A DNA stretch of 64,000 nucleotides. Origin: an uncultured Actinomycetota bacterium (GTDB lineage: Bacteria; Actinomycetota; Actinomycetes; JAFAQI01). The DNA lies in assembly GCA_963770565.1 (NCBI GenBank), contig CAVYQE010000011.1, forward strand, positions 640,001-704,000, written 5' to 3'. The position numbers were made by a program, and so were the translations under genes. Positions within the stretch are counted from its first letter, which is position 1. Every line of letters starts with the position of its first letter. Shown here piece by piece: positions 41,834 to 52,148 of this stretch. Below the pieces are notes generated by a model. The model did not search any database. It had not been told where the DNA came from and worked only from the letters and a program-made list of their open reading frames with translations.

Positions 41834-43032
41834 CGGGTGCCTCCGGTGCGCGCGGGTGTCGAGGGGAGTACGGCAGCGATCGCGGCGCGGTCGAGGTCGA
41901 GGAAGGTCAAGGGGTCGAGCGTGTCGCCTTCGGCGGCGGTGATCATCGTGCGAAGCGAGGAACGGGTGATCGGCCGGCCGCCGAGCCCGGCGATCACCGT
42001 CGAGATCTCGACGCCGGTGCCGGCCAGCGCGGAGCGGACATCGGTGGTGACGGTTTCGCCGCTACCGGGGGCCAGTGAGCGCTCCACCACCACCACTCGC
42101 CGTGCCCCGTCGATCGCGTCGCGAACGGCGGCCGCGGGGAACGGGCGGTACGACGTGATCCCGAGGACGCCGACCCGATGTCCATCGGCCCGCAGGCCGT
42201 CGACGGTGTCCTTGAGGGTGCCGAGCACTGAGCCGAGCGCGATCACGACGGTGTCGGAGTCGGCGCTGAGATACGGGGAGACCAAGGATGCGCCGGCCCG
42301 CCCGACGATCGACTCGAACCGCGACCCGACCTCGGGGATCACGCTGAGCGCGCGCTGATGAGCAGCGTGGGCGAGGTAGCGGACCTCGGTGAATGCCTCC
42401 GGACCGACCATGGCACCGATCGACACCGGCGCCTGCGGGTCGAGCACCTGCCGTGGCTGGTAGGCCGGCAGGAACTCGTCGACCTGCTCAGCAGTCGGCA
42501 ACTCGACCTGCTCGAAGGCGTGCGTGAGAACGAAGCCGTCCATGCAGACCATGACCGGCAGGGACAACTCCTCGGCGATCCGGAACGCCTGCACATGCAA
42601 GTCGACTGCCTGCTGGTTGTCCTCGGCGAACAGTTGCAGCCACCCGCAGTCGCGCTGGGACATGCTGTCGCTGTGGTCGTTCCAGATGTTGATGGGGGCA
42701 CCGATGGCGCGGTTGGCGACTGTCATGACGATCGGCAGACCAAGACCGGCGGCGTTGTAGAGCGCCTCGGCCATATAGAGCAGGCCCTGGCTCGCCGTTG
42801 CGGTGTAGGCACGGGCACCGGTGGCCGAAGCGCCGATCGCCACGGACAGGGCAGCGAACTCCGACTCGACGTTGATGAACTCGCACGGAGACAGTGATCC
42901 GTCCCAGACCATCCGGCTCAAGCCCTCGACGATGTGGGTCTGCGGGGTGATCGGGTATGCGCAGACCACTTCGGGGCGGCAGCGGGCGACCGCTTTGGCT
43001 ACTGCCACTGACCCTTCGAGCTGCTCAAACAC
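41830..43032 (-). CDS. porA: Pyruvate/2-oxoacid:ferredoxin oxidoreductase alpha subunit
   Basis: AYPITPQT, ESE, TATASQG, NIWNDHSD, DGFVLTH, GLGGR. Confidence 0.93.
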   Translation of the reverse strand: MFEQLEGSVAVAKAVARCRPEVVCAYPITPQTHIVEGLSRMVWDGSLSPCEFINVESEFAALSVAIGASATGARAYTATASQGLLYMAEALYNAAGLGLPIVMTVANRAIGAPINIWNDHSDSMSQRDCGWLQLFAEDNQQAVDLHVQAFRIAEELSLPVMVCMDGFVLTHAFEQVELPTAEQVDEFLPAYQPRQVLDPQAPVSIGAMVGPEAFTEVRYLAHAAHQRALSVIPEVGSRFESIVGRAGASLVSPYLSADSDTVVIALGSVLGTLKDTVDGLRADGHRVGVLGITSYRPFPAAAVRDAIDGARRVVVVERSLAPGSGETVTTDVRSALAGTGVEISTVIAGLGGRPITRSSLRTMITAAEGDTLDPLTFLDLDRAAIAAVLPSTPARTGGTR

Positions 43033-43612
43033 CGGCTGCCTCCTGATGGCGGGTCTGCACGCTGTCGAAGGCTTCGCGCGCGGCGGCGGCGTTCTTCTCG
43101 CCGATCGGGCCGGCGAATCGTTCCTTCAGTGCGCGCTCGATGTCGGCGATCGGCACCACGCCGGTCAGCGCCGCGAAGCCCCCGAGCATCACGCCGTTGG
43201 GCAGCGGTCGGCCGAAGTGCCGCAGGGCGATCTCGGTTGCCGGCACGCAGACCACGCCGGCCCGGCCTTCGTCGGTCAGCTCGGTGAGGCCGAGTTCGGC
43301 GACCGGATGCGCGGAGTTGATGAGCACCACGCCGCCCGGCTTGAGTCCCTGGAAGACGTCGACCGCGTGGAGCAAGGTCGAGTCCAGGATGATGACCGCA
43401 TCCGGGGTGACGACGGGCTCGCGCAACCGGATCGGCCGGTCGTCAATCCGGCAGAACGACGCCACCGGGGCGCCCGCTCGCTCGGATCCGAAGCTCGGGA
43501 ACGCCTGAGCGGTGCTGCCGGCATCGAAAGCGGCGACCGAGAGCAACTCGGCGGCGGTCACCGCGCCTTGCCCGCCCCGCCCGTGGATCCGGACCTCATA
43601 CATGGCGGCCAC
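43025..43612 (-). CDS. Pyruvate/2-oxoacid:ferredoxin oxidoreductase gamma subunit
   Basis: HGRGGQGAVT, FPSFGSERAGAPV; start at 43612 or ATG 43603. Confidence 0.93.
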   Translation of the reverse strand: MAAMYEVRIHGRGGQGAVTAAELLSVAAFDAGSTAQAFPSFGSERAGAPVASFCRIDDRPIRLREPVVTPDAVIILDSTLLHAVDVFQGLKPGGVVLINSAHPVAELGLTELTDEGRAGVVCVPATEIALRHFGRPLPNGVMLGGFAALTGVVPIADIERALKERFAGPIGEKNAAAAREAFDSVQTRHQEAAGV

Positions 43613-43672
43613 TGAGGTGGCACAGAATTCGGGTCATGACTTGATCGTGCGTGCCGGCCGGGCGCAGTGATA

Positions 43673-43707
43673 GGGGAATTGGTCCCGTGCTCGGGGTATT
43701 TCGACCC
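43673..43707. promoter_or_regulatory. Tandem DosR/DevR-type boxes upstream of the por operon
   Basis: GGGGAATTGGTCCC (43673-43686) and GGGTATTTCGACCC (43694-43707), 21 bp apart. Confidence 0.7.
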
Positions 43708-43731
43708 CGTCAGCCGCATCGGGTCGATGCG

Positions 43732-43929
43732 TTACCTCGCCGCCCTGCGGTGATGGACCTCGGTGTCGTTGCCGGGGAAGAGCAGGCCCTCGTGACCGGT
43801 GTCGGCCCACCGGACGAGGTACGGCGGTGCGCCGTCGGCGCCGTGCACCTCCAGGACCTCCGCATCCCGAACCGGGCCGTCGACGACCGGGGACTTGACC
43901 ACAAGCCGGTCTCCTGGTGATGCCTGCAC
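43732..43929 (-). CDS. DUF1918 domain protein
   Basis: MQASPGDRLVV...EVLEVHGADGAPPYLVRW..GHEGLLFPG.D; AGGAGG RBS. Confidence 0.93.
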   Translation of the reverse strand: MQASPGDRLVVKSPVVDGPVRDAEVLEVHGADGAPPYLVRWADTGHEGLLFPGNDTEVHHRRAAR

Positions 43930-43987
43930 GGCTCCTCCTTCGCTCGGATGTCACCCGGAGTGTGAGCCGACCGCGGGCCTGACTAAA

Positions 43988-44025
43988 GAGTCAGAGGTCA
44001 CCGCGCCCCAGGCCCAAGGTCCCTA
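43988..44025. promoter_or_regulatory. Tandem DosR/DevR-type boxes between DUF1918 and the Rv2004c-like gene
   Basis: GAGTCAGAGGTCAC (43988-44001) and AGGCCCAAGGTCCC (44010-44023). Confidence 0.6.
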
Positions 44026-44114
44026 GTCGCGGTCGCCCAGGGCGAGAAGAATCGACGTCGCAAGGCGATGCGCCGTCAGTCGGTGCGCGCCTTCGGGTGG
44101 ATCAGGAGAGTCCG

Positions 44115-45665
44115 ATGGACGATCGCGCCGAGGCTGTCAGCAACCGTCCGATTCCGTGGGCGGCCTGCGTAGAAACGCAATCCTCCGCCGTGTTCATGGC
44201 CGGTGACCGGGTGTTGAAGATGAAGAAGCCGATCCGGACCGCCTTTCTCGACTACAGCTCGCTCGAAGCCCGCGAAGCTGCCTGTGACTCGGAGGTGCGT
44301 CTCAACGCCCGGCTGAGCCCGGATGTGTATCTCGGGGTGGTCCACATCGGGCTGTACGACGGCGGCCCTGGCGAGCCGGTCGTCGTGATGCGTCGGCTCC
44401 AGGAGCGCGATCAGCTTCGGGTCCGGATGGCGCAGGGCGACCCGCAGCTGCGCGCGGAGATCCGCGAGGTGGCCCGGCGGATTGCCGTGTTCCACAGCGA
44501 GTGCGACGTCTACTCCGGACCCGACTCGGCCGGATCGTGGGAAGCCGTTCACGCCCGCTGGCTCGAGGAGTGCGACGAAATCGACCTGCTCGGGGACGCC
44601 ACGTCCGACGCCGAGGACCGGCGGGCATTGCGGGTGCTCGGGACGCGATACCTCGCCGGGCGCGAGCCGCTGTTCGATGGCCGCCTCCTTGACGGCCAGG
44701 TGCGGGAGGGTCACGGCGATCTCCGGTCCGAGCATGTCTACCTGACCTCGGACGGCCCGCGAATCATCGACTGCGTGGAGTTCGATCCGCAGCTGCGGGT
44801 CGCCGATGTGCTCTCCGACGTCGCGTTTCTCGCGATGGACCTCGAGCAGCGCGACCGGGCCGATCTCGCCGAAGCACTGCTCTCGGACTATCGGGAGTTC
44901 AGCGCGACGCAGTACCCGGAGTCCCTGCTCGAGTTCTACGTCGCCTATCGGGCCCTGGTGCGCGCCAAGGTCCACGCCATCCGTGCCCGGCAGATCGGCG
45001 TCACCGACCCCGAATCCGCCCGGCTCGTGCAGATGGCGCTGGTGCACCTGCGCCGGGCGATGCCGACGATGATCTGCGTCGGTGGCCTTCCGGGCACGGG
45101 CAAGTCGACGGTCAGCGAGGCGTTCGCGGCCACCCGCGACGCCGTTCATCTGTCCTCGGACGAGATCCGGCACGGGCTCGCGGCCGGCACCGGCAGCAGC
45201 GGCGATGGCGCGAAGTGGGAGACCGGCATCTACGCGACCGAGGTGACCGAGCGGGTCTATCGCGAGCTGTTCGGTCGGGCCGAGGCGGCCTTGCGCGAGG
45301 GCTACAGCGTGGTTCTCGATGCCTCCTGGCGCGACGCCGGGCGTCGTAGCCAGGCGCGCTCGGTGGCCGGGGCGTGCTGGAGCGTGCCGGTCGAAATCAG
45401 GTGCGATGTCGACCAGCGGGTGGCGTTGCAGCGCCTGACCGGGAGCCGACTGGGCTTCTCGCAGGCCGGCGTCGACGTCCGCGAGGAGATGCGCAACGCG
45501 TTCGCCGAATGGCCGACGGCGCGGGTGCTGACCACGAATCGCGACCTCGAGGCCACGCTGCGTGAGCTTGGCGAGTGGGTCGACGCTGAGGTGGTCGCCG
45601 TCACCGCGGGCGGAGGGTCGTCTCCACGAGACGCGCGATCTCCAGCTCTTCATGGGCAGCGATGA
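44115..45665 (+). CDS. Bifunctional aminoglycoside phosphotransferase-like/AAA_33 kinase (Rv2004c-like)
   Basis: FLDYS, EVRLNARL.PDVY, EGHGDL, IDCVEFD, GLPGTGKST. Confidence 0.92.
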   Translation: MDDRAEAVSNRPIPWAACVETQSSAVFMAGDRVLKMKKPIRTAFLDYSSLEAREAACDSEVRLNARLSPDVYLGVVHIGLYDGGPGEPVVVMRRLQERDQLRVRMAQGDPQLRAEIREVARRIAVFHSECDVYSGPDSAGSWEAVHARWLEECDEIDLLGDATSDAEDRRALRVLGTRYLAGREPLFDGRLLDGQVREGHGDLRSEHVYLTSDGPRIIDCVEFDPQLRVADVLSDVAFLAMDLEQRDRADLAEALLSDYREFSATQYPESLLEFYVAYRALVRAKVHAIRARQIGVTDPESARLVQMALVHLRRAMPTMICVGGLPGTGKSTVSEAFAATRDAVHLSSDEIRHGLAAGTGSSGDGAKWETGIYATEVTERVYRELFGRAEAALREGYSVVLDASWRDAGRRSQARSVAGACWSVPVEIRCDVDQRVALQRLTGSRLGFSQAGVDVREEMRNAFAEWPTARVLTTNRDLEATLRELGEWVDAEVVAVTAGGGSSPRDARSPALHGQR

Positions 45666-46635
45666 CCAAGATCTGACACGTCGCGTCGGCCGCCGCGATT
45701 GCGCAGTCCGGCCGCGCATCGGCGTTCAACGCCGCGTCGAGGTCGACGCCGAGGTAGCCGACCCGCTCGCAACAGCGCCGCCGGATCTCCGCCGACCGTT
45801 CACCCACCCCTCCGGTGAACACGAGTACGTCGATTCCGCCGAGTGAAGCCGTCATTGCCGCGATCGCCGACGCAAGGCGGTGGAGGTAGACCTCGATCGC
45901 GAGGCGTGCCTCGGGGTCGTGTCGCGACAGGATCTCGGCCATGTCGGCGCTTCCGCTGAGCCCGAGCAGTCCGGAGCGATGCTCGAGGGCGTCGGTGACC
46001 TCGCGCGCGCTCAGCCCGGCGTGTTCCTCCAGCCAGGTGACCAGACCCGGGTCGAGCGATCCGCACCGGGTGGCCATGACGAGCCCGTCCAACGGCGTGA
46101 AGCCCATGGTGGTGTCGACCGACTCGCCGTCGAGCACCGCCGTGACCGAGCCGCCGGCGCCCAGATGGCAGACGACCACGCGCCGGGCTTGCGGGAGAAG
46201 CTGTCGAGTGCGGTGGGCCGACCAGGAGTGTGACAGGCCGTGGAAGCCGAAGCGCCGGATCGGCCATTGCTCGCGCCATTCCTTCGGCAACGCGTACGTG
46301 TAGGCCTCGGCCGGCATCGTGGCGTGGAAGGCGGTGTCGAAGCACCCGATGTGCGGCACGTCGGGCAGCAACCGGCGGGCGGCGTCGAGCGCGCTCAGCG
46401 ACTTCGGCTGGTGCAGCGGGGCGAGGTCGGTCAGCTCGCGCAGCCGGCGCTCGACCTGCTCGTCGATCACGGTCGGTGCGACGAACTCGGTCCCGCCGTG
46501 CACGATCCGATGACCGACCGCGTCGACCGCCGGCGCCGGTGCGGGAAGCTCGTCGAACGTTCCCTCGACGACCCCGTCGGCGACGAGGGCGACTTTGAGG
46601 GAGCTTGAGCCGGCGTTGACGGTCAGGACACGCAT
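45601..46635 (-). CDS. ackA: Acetate kinase
   Basis: NAGSSSLK, GHRIVHGG, APLH, FDTAFH, GFHGLSH, TMGFTPLDGL, FTGGVGE. Confidence 0.95.
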   Translation of the reverse strand: MRVLTVNAGSSSLKVALVADGVVEGTFDELPAPAPAVDAVGHRIVHGGTEFVAPTVIDEQVERRLRELTDLAPLHQPKSLSALDAARRLLPDVPHIGCFDTAFHATMPAEAYTYALPKEWREQWPIRRFGFHGLSHSWSAHRTRQLLPQARRVVVCHLGAGGSVTAVLDGESVDTTMGFTPLDGLVMATRCGSLDPGLVTWLEEHAGLSAREVTDALEHRSGLLGLSGSADMAEILSRHDPEARLAIEVYLHRLASAIAAMTASLGGIDVLVFTGGVGERSAEIRRRCCERVGYLGVDLDAALNADARPDCAIAAADATCQILVIAAHEELEIARLVETTLRPR

Positions 46636-49034
46636 CAGCCGGGCCAGGTCCAGCCCGAGATGTCGGGGCTGTCTTCGCCGTACTCGCGGGTGTAGGCACG
46701 CGCGTGCAGCCGCGCGTCCACCATGTCCTGGCGCACTCCGGCGGCACGTTCGCCGAGCGACGGCACACGGTCGATGACGTCGATGACGAGGTGGTAGCGG
46801 TCGAGGTTGTTCATCATCACCATGTCGAACGGGGTCGTCGTCGTCCCTTCTTCGATGTAGCCGCGGACATGCAGGTTGTGGTGGTTCGCCCGGCGGTACG
46901 TGAGGCGGTGAATCAGCCATGGATAGCCGTGGTAGGCGAACAGCACCGGCTGGTGCGTCGTGAACAACGCGTCGAACTGCGCGTCCGGCAGGCCGTGTGG
47001 GTGCTCGCTCTCGGGTTGGAGCCGCATCAGGTCGACGACGTTGATGACCCTGACCTTCAACTCCGGGAACCGGTCGCGAAGGATCGCGACGGCGGCGAGA
47101 GTTTCGGCGGTCGGGACATCGCCGGCACAGGCCATGACGACGTCGGGCACCTCACCTTCGTCGTTGCTGGCCCACTCCCAGATGCCCAAGCCGCGGCTGC
47201 AGTGGGCCTCGGCCTCGTCGATCGACAGGTAGGTCAACGCGGGCTGCTTGCCGGCGATCACGACGTTGACCCGGTTCTGTCCTCGCAGGCAGTGATCGAC
47301 GGTGACAAGCAACGTGTTGGCGTCCGGCGGAAGGTAGACCCGCACGATGCCGGCCTTCTTGTTGACGACGTGGTCGATGAAGCCGGGGTCCTGATGTGAG
47401 AAGCCGTTGTGATCCTGTCGCCAGACCAGGCTCGAGAGCAGGTAGTTCAACGATGCGATCGGTCGCCGCCAGGGGATGTCCTGGGTCGTCTTGAGCCACT
47501 TCGCGTGCTGATTGACCATCGAGTCGATGATGTGGATGAAGGCCTCGTAGCAGTTGAAGATGCCATGCCGGCCGGTCAGCAGATAACCCTCGAGCCAGCC
47601 CTGGCACAGATGCTCCGAAAGCACCTCCATCACGCGGCCGTCGGGGGAGAGGTGGTCGTCGCCGTCGACCGTTTCGGCCTCCCAGGCGCGATCGGTCACT
47701 TCGAACACGGCGTCGAGCCGGTTGGAAGCGGTCTCATCCGGTCCCATGACCCTGAAGGTCCGCGGGTTCTGCCGGATGACGTCGCGAAGGTATTGCCCCG
47801 CGACCCGCGTGGCCTCGGCGAGGTCCGCGGCCGGCCGACTCACCTCGACGGCGAAGCGGCGATAGTCCGGGAGCATGAGCTCGTCGAGCAGGATGCCGCC
47901 GTTCGCATGCGGGTTCGCACTCATCCGGGCCGGCCCGACCGGCGCGTGCGCGGTGATCTCCGGACGCACCGCCCCGGCGGAGTCGAACAGCTCCTCAGGT
48001 CGGTAGCTTCGCAGCCATTGCTCGAGCTGGACAAGGTGCTCCGGGTTGGTGCGCACCTCGCTCAGCGGGACCTGATGGGCCCGGAACGTCCCCTCGATCT
48101 TGACGCCGTCGACCACCTTGGGGCCGGTCCAGCCCTTCGGGGTGCGCAGCACGATCATCGGCCAGGTCGGCCGGTCCAGATTCCCGTTCGCGGCGCGTTC
48201 CCGGATTGACGCGATGTTATTGAGCGCGTCGTCGAGCGCGGCCGCCAGCTGCTGGTGGACATCGGCGGGGTCGGAGCCGGAGACGAAGATCGGCCGGTGC
48301 CCGTAGCCCTCGAGCAACTTGCGCAGCTCGGCTTCGGGGATTCGGGCCAGCACGGTGGGGTTGGCGATCTTGTAGCCGTTCAGGTGCAGGATCGGCAGCA
48401 CGGTGCCGTCGCGCTCGGGGTTGAGGAACTTGTTGGAGTGCCAGCTGGCCGCTAGTGGCCCGGTCTCGGCCTCGCCGTCGCCGATCACACAGGCCACGAT
48501 CAAGTCGGGGTTGTCGAACACCGCGCCGTAGGCATGCAGGAGCGAGTATCCGAGCTCGCCGCCCTCGTGGATCGAACCCGGTGTCTCCGGCGCGACATGG
48601 CTCGGGATCCCGCCGGGGAAGGAGAACTGGCGGAACAGCTGGAGCAGCCCGTCGGCATCGCGGCTGACGTGCGGGTAGACCTCGGTGTAGGTGCCCTCGA
48701 GGTAGGCGTTCGCCACGATGCCCGGGCCGCCGTGGCCAGGACCGATGACGTACATCATGTTGAGCCCGCGCAGGCGGATCTCCCGATTCAGGTGCGCGTA
48801 GACCAGGTTGAGTCCTGGCGTCGTTCCCCAGTGACCGAGCAGGCGCGGCTTGATGTGCTCGGGCTGCAGCGATTCACCCAGCAACGGGTTCGCCATCAGG
48901 TAGATCTGACCGACCGATAGGTAGTTCGCGGCCCGCCAGTACGCGTCGATGAGATCGAGGTCGGCCGGACTCAGCGGGCCGAGCGACGAACTCGGATCGA
49001 CGTCGGGTGTCGCGGTGACCGAGTGATCGCTCAT
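46635..49034 (-). CDS. xfp: Phosphoketolase (Xfp)
   Basis: [43 protein letters not shown]. Confidence 0.97.
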   Translation of the reverse strand: MSDHSVTATPDVDPSSSLGPLSPADLDLIDAYWRAANYLSVGQIYLMANPLLGESLQPEHIKPRLLGHWGTTPGLNLVYAHLNREIRLRGLNMMYVIGPGHGGPGIVANAYLEGTYTEVYPHVSRDADGLLQLFRQFSFPGGIPSHVAPETPGSIHEGGELGYSLLHAYGAVFDNPDLIVACVIGDGEAETGPLAASWHSNKFLNPERDGTVLPILHLNGYKIANPTVLARIPEAELRKLLEGYGHRPIFVSGSDPADVHQQLAAALDDALNNIASIRERAANGNLDRPTWPMIVLRTPKGWTGPKVVDGVKIEGTFRAHQVPLSEVRTNPEHLVQLEQWLRSYRPEELFDSAGAVRPEITAHAPVGPARMSANPHANGGILLDELMLPDYRRFAVEVSRPAADLAEATRVAGQYLRDVIRQNPRTFRVMGPDETASNRLDAVFEVTDRAWEAETVDGDDHLSPDGRVMEVLSEHLCQGWLEGYLLTGRHGIFNCYEAFIHIIDSMVNQHAKWLKTTQDIPWRRPIASLNYLLSSLVWRQDHNGFSHQDPGFIDHVVNKKAGIVRVYLPPDANTLLVTVDHCLRGQNRVNVVIAGKQPALTYLSIDEAEAHCSRGLGIWEWASNDEGEVPDVVMACAGDVPTAETLAAVAILRDRFPELKVRVINVVDLMRLQPESEHPHGLPDAQFDALFTTHQPVLFAYHGYPWLIHRLTYRRANHHNLHVRGYIEEGTTTTPFDMVMMNNLDRYHLVIDVIDRVPSLGERAAGVRQDMVDARLHARAYTREYGEDSPDISGWTWPG

Positions 49035-49278
49035 TACCAATCACTGTGTCACCGCAGCGGCAGTCCCTCCTCAGTGGCCCGTGCGAGGTGGACTATCCGG
49101 CCGAGCCCCCGCTCGCGCCGGCCATCTGCCGGGGTCGTGTCCATATGCATCGCGAGCGGGTTCGGATGGGGTGCGTGCGGCGTAGGTTTGCGCTGTGGTT
49201 CTCGACCGCCCGGCGACCGCCGACCACCCACCGCGCACCTCGCCGGCGGGTGGGGACATCGGGTCTAGGGGCCGGTCG

Positions 49279-49683
49279 GTGCGCCTCGGTCTGACCGCCG
49301 TCGCCGTGTTGCTCCTGCTGTACGGCACGATCGCCGGCACCGACGACATGTTCCCGTTCGGGCCGTTCCGGATGTACGCCGGCTACTACTCGCCGGACGG
49401 CGTGATCACCTCCAACGTGCTGCTGGCCAGGACGGCCGATGGCCAGGTGGTGACACCGACCCAAGCGGACATCGGCCTCGCCCGGGGCGACATCGAGGGG
49501 GAGCTCAACGCTTTTCGGGCCGACCCAGGCCGGCTGGGCGATCTCGCCCGGACCTTCCATCGACGCCACCCGGCCGCCTCGCCGTACGTCGCGATGTGGA
49601 TCGTGCAGAAGCGTTGGCAACTGCACGACCGCGCGGTCGACGGTCAGACCTCGGTCACCCTGGTCAGCTGGCGGGCCGGGTGA
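49279..49683 (+). CDS. Membrane-anchored partner of the HTTM-like protein
   Basis: TM helix followed by DDMFPFGPFRMYA; GTGA overlap with the next gene; start uncertain. Confidence 0.7.
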   Translation: MRLGLTAVAVLLLLYGTIAGTDDMFPFGPFRMYAGYYSPDGVITSNVLLARTADGQVVTPTQADIGLARGDIEGELNAFRADPGRLGDLARTFHRRHPAASPYVAMWIVQKRWQLHDRAVDGQTSVTLVSWRAG

Positions 49684-50600
49684 CCGGCACCGGAGGGGTC
49701 GGCGTACCTGGTCGGGCCGGCCGGGCTGGCCGGGCTGCCGCGAGTGTCGAGAACTGGTGGTTCACGCCGTTGCCGCTGGGCCGGGTCGCGGCGATGCGGG
49801 TCGTGATCTATCTCTTCGCGTGGTTCGACGTCTACTTCTATGCGCCCAAGGTCACCGAGCGGGTCGACGCGACCAGCGCCTACCGCCCGCTCGCTGTGGA
49901 GCGCTACCTGCACCTGCCAATGCCTACGCACACGATCGCGCTCGCGGTCCAGATCGGCCTGCTGTGCTGCGCGACCGCGGCCGCCACCGGCCGCGCGGCC
50001 CGGATCCTCGGCGCGGTCACGTTCGCGCTCTACTTCGACTGGCTCGTCATGGGCGACTCGTTCGGATACGTGCCGCACGACCGGTTCGCGTTCGTCGTAG
50101 CGCTTGCGGTGTTGCCGACCGTGGGTCCGGCCCGACGTGGTGACCGAACGACCTCGCAACGGGTCGGCTGGGCGCTGCGCTGCATCCAGGTCGCGGTGGT
50201 CGCGACGTACGCGCTCGCGCCGTGGGCGAAGTTCCGCTACGGCGGATTCGACTGGGCGAACGGCGCGGTGTTGACGTGGGCGATCCTGCGTCGCGGCACC
50301 TTCCTCGGCACCCCGTTGCTGCGCGCACCACGGCTCCTGCACATCGCCCAATGGGGCATCCTCTGCGGCGAGCTGGTGTCGCCGGTGGTGTTGTTCCTCC
50401 GCGGTCGGTTCGTCTACATCGCCGTCGCGGCGATGCTGACGTTCCACTTGCTGTCGGAGGCCACGATCACGATCAGCTTCCTGCCGCACGTCCTGTGCAT
50501 CCTGGCGTTCCTGCCGCTCGAGCGCCTCGGCGAGCTCGGGTCTGCGGCATGGCTGCGCCGGCCCTGGGGCCCATCGGCGCCACTGCAGCCGAGTCCCTGA
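49680..50600 (+). CDS. HTTM-like multi-pass membrane protein
   Basis: GRVAAMR, SFGYVPHD, Y...WAKFR.GG.DWANG, FHL...TI.F. Confidence 0.7.
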   Translation: MTGTGGVGVPGRAGRAGRAAASVENWWFTPLPLGRVAAMRVVIYLFAWFDVYFYAPKVTERVDATSAYRPLAVERYLHLPMPTHTIALAVQIGLLCCATAAATGRAARILGAVTFALYFDWLVMGDSFGYVPHDRFAFVVALAVLPTVGPARRGDRTTSQRVGWALRCIQVAVVATYALAPWAKFRYGGFDWANGAVLTWAILRRGTFLGTPLLRAPRLLHIAQWGILCGELVSPVVLFLRGRFVYIAVAAMLTFHLLSEATITISFLPHVLCILAFLPLERLGELGSAAWLRRPWGPSAPLQPSP

Positions 50601-50613
50601 GCGATCGTCAGCC

Positions 50614-51261
50614 CTACTTGTAGACCGCCTCGAGCAGCATCAGGCAGCCGTCGACGTGGCTGCTGTGGCGGTACTTCGCCCCGGCGACCAGCGGTGGCTC
50701 GAAGGTCAACTGGCTGAATCCACCGCCGCTGCAGTATTCGAAGCTGATCTTCGTCGCGCGGACCGCCAGGTAGTCGCCCTTTTCGACCGGGACGCTCACC
50801 TTGAACGACTCGATCGTGTACGGCGGGCCGTTGTCCTCGGTGGTGCCCTGACCCTTGTAGTGGATCACCGGGCCGTTGCGGACCACCTTGGCCTGCTGCG
50901 ATCCGAGCTTGGCCTTGACGATCTGTAGTCGGAACGTGCCGGGCACCCCGGCGACGATCATGATCTTTCCGATCGTGCCGTTCTTCGGCGCTCGCTGGTC
51001 GGTCTCGGGGTCAGGGCGCCGGTAGGCCTCAGTCATGACGCGGGTGCACTTGACCGTCTTGGGCTCACAGGGCTGGCCGCCGAACGCGTTCGACGGCTGA
51101 GATTGCCTTGTCAGCAGTGCGCCGAACGTTACCGGCTTCTTCCGGGCCGGTGCGGCCGCGTGGCCGATCGCGGGGAGCAAGGCGCTGATCGCCAGCGCGG
51201 CCACCAGGACGACCACGGTGAAGATTCCGAACGTGGCCCGCCTACGGGAGATCAAGAGCAT
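50614..51261 (-). CDS. Secreted hypothetical protein
   Basis: Signal peptide (GHA-A), 4 Cys, beta-rich and basic. Confidence 0.78.
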   Translation of the reverse strand: MLLISRRRATFGIFTVVVLVAALAISALLPAIGHAAAPARKKPVTFGALLTRQSQPSNAFGGQPCEPKTVKCTRVMTEAYRRPDPETDQRAPKNGTIGKIMIVAGVPGTFRLQIVKAKLGSQQAKVVRNGPVIHYKGQGTTEDNGPPYTIESFKVSVPVEKGDYLAVRATKISFEYCSGGGFSQLTFEPPLVAGAKYRHSSHVDGCLMLLEAVYK

Positions 51262-51331
51262 CGTCCACCACCTCACGAGTAGTAACTGTGTATAGCCCTT
51301 CTGGTGCCGCCGGGCAATGTCGCCGTTGGGC

Positions 51332-52081
51332 TCAGACCTCCAGGGTGTCGCATCGCCGCGCCACCTGGATCTCGCCGGTATAGGCGGCGGTCGCCTCGGC
51401 CAGCGTCCGGGACTCGTCGTTCCACGACACCAGGTGGGTGAGCATCAACCGGGATGCGCCGGCCCGGGTCGCGTGCTCGCCGGCCTCCCGGCCGGTCAGG
51501 TGGATGTCCGGCGGGTTGTCCTCGCCGTCGAGGTATGACGCCTCGCACAAGAACAGGTCGACGTCGCGGGCGAGATCGACCAGCGCGTCGCAAGGGGCGG
51601 TGTCCGCGCTGTAGGCGAGGGTGCGGCCGCCGGCGCTGACTCGCATGCCGTAGGTCTCGACCGGATGGTTGACCCGGCGAAGGTCGACCTCGAACGGCCC
51701 GATGCGCACCGTGCTGTCGACCCCCACCGGGTGGAAGCCGTAGACCGAGCCGAGCAGTTCTTCGGCGTTGCGCGGGTAGGCGCGATGGACCGCGTCCTTG
51801 ATGCCGCTCGGGCCGTAGATCGGGAGCCGCGGTGCGGCCCCGTCGGGGTGGTATCGCCGCGCATACGCGTAGGTGATGAGGTCCAGGTAGTGGTCGCCGT
51901 GCAGATGCGAGACGACCACCGCATCCGGGCCGAGCAGCCCGCAGGTCTTGTCCAGCGTGCCGGTCGATCCGTTGCCGACGTCGAGCAGCAGGCGGAACCC
52001 GTCCTGCTCGATCAGGTACGACGAGCAACCCGAGTCGGCGGCCGGAAAGGTGCCGGCGCAGCCGAGAATCGTGAGTTTCAC
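51332..52081 (-). CDS. MBL-fold metallo-hydrolase (RNase Z-like; Rv1339/AtaC-like)
   Basis: LGCAGTFP...CSSYL, SHLHGDH, HPVETYG, YSADT, CEAS, HLT, LTH. Confidence 0.9.
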   Translation of the reverse strand: MKLTILGCAGTFPAADSGCSSYLIEQDGFRLLLDVGNGSTGTLDKTCGLLGPDAVVVSHLHGDHYLDLITYAYARRYHPDGAAPRLPIYGPSGIKDAVHRAYPRNAEELLGSVYGFHPVGVDSTVRIGPFEVDLRRVNHPVETYGMRVSAGGRTLAYSADTAPCDALVDLARDVDLFLCEASYLDGEDNPPDIHLTGREAGEHATRAGASRLMLTHLVSWNDESRTLAEATAAYTGEIQVARRCDTLEV

Positions 52082-52148
52082 GGCCGGCTCGACCGGGGGT
52101 CGGCAACGTCATCCACGCCAGAACAATACGGGTTGCCGGGATCGGTTC

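Noticed and set aside
49050-49100. DosR-like boxes upstream of xfp (and at 12482-12495 upstream of coxL)
   Set aside because: Only half-site matches (GGGAC/GGGCC), which are too weak in high-GC DNA to call.
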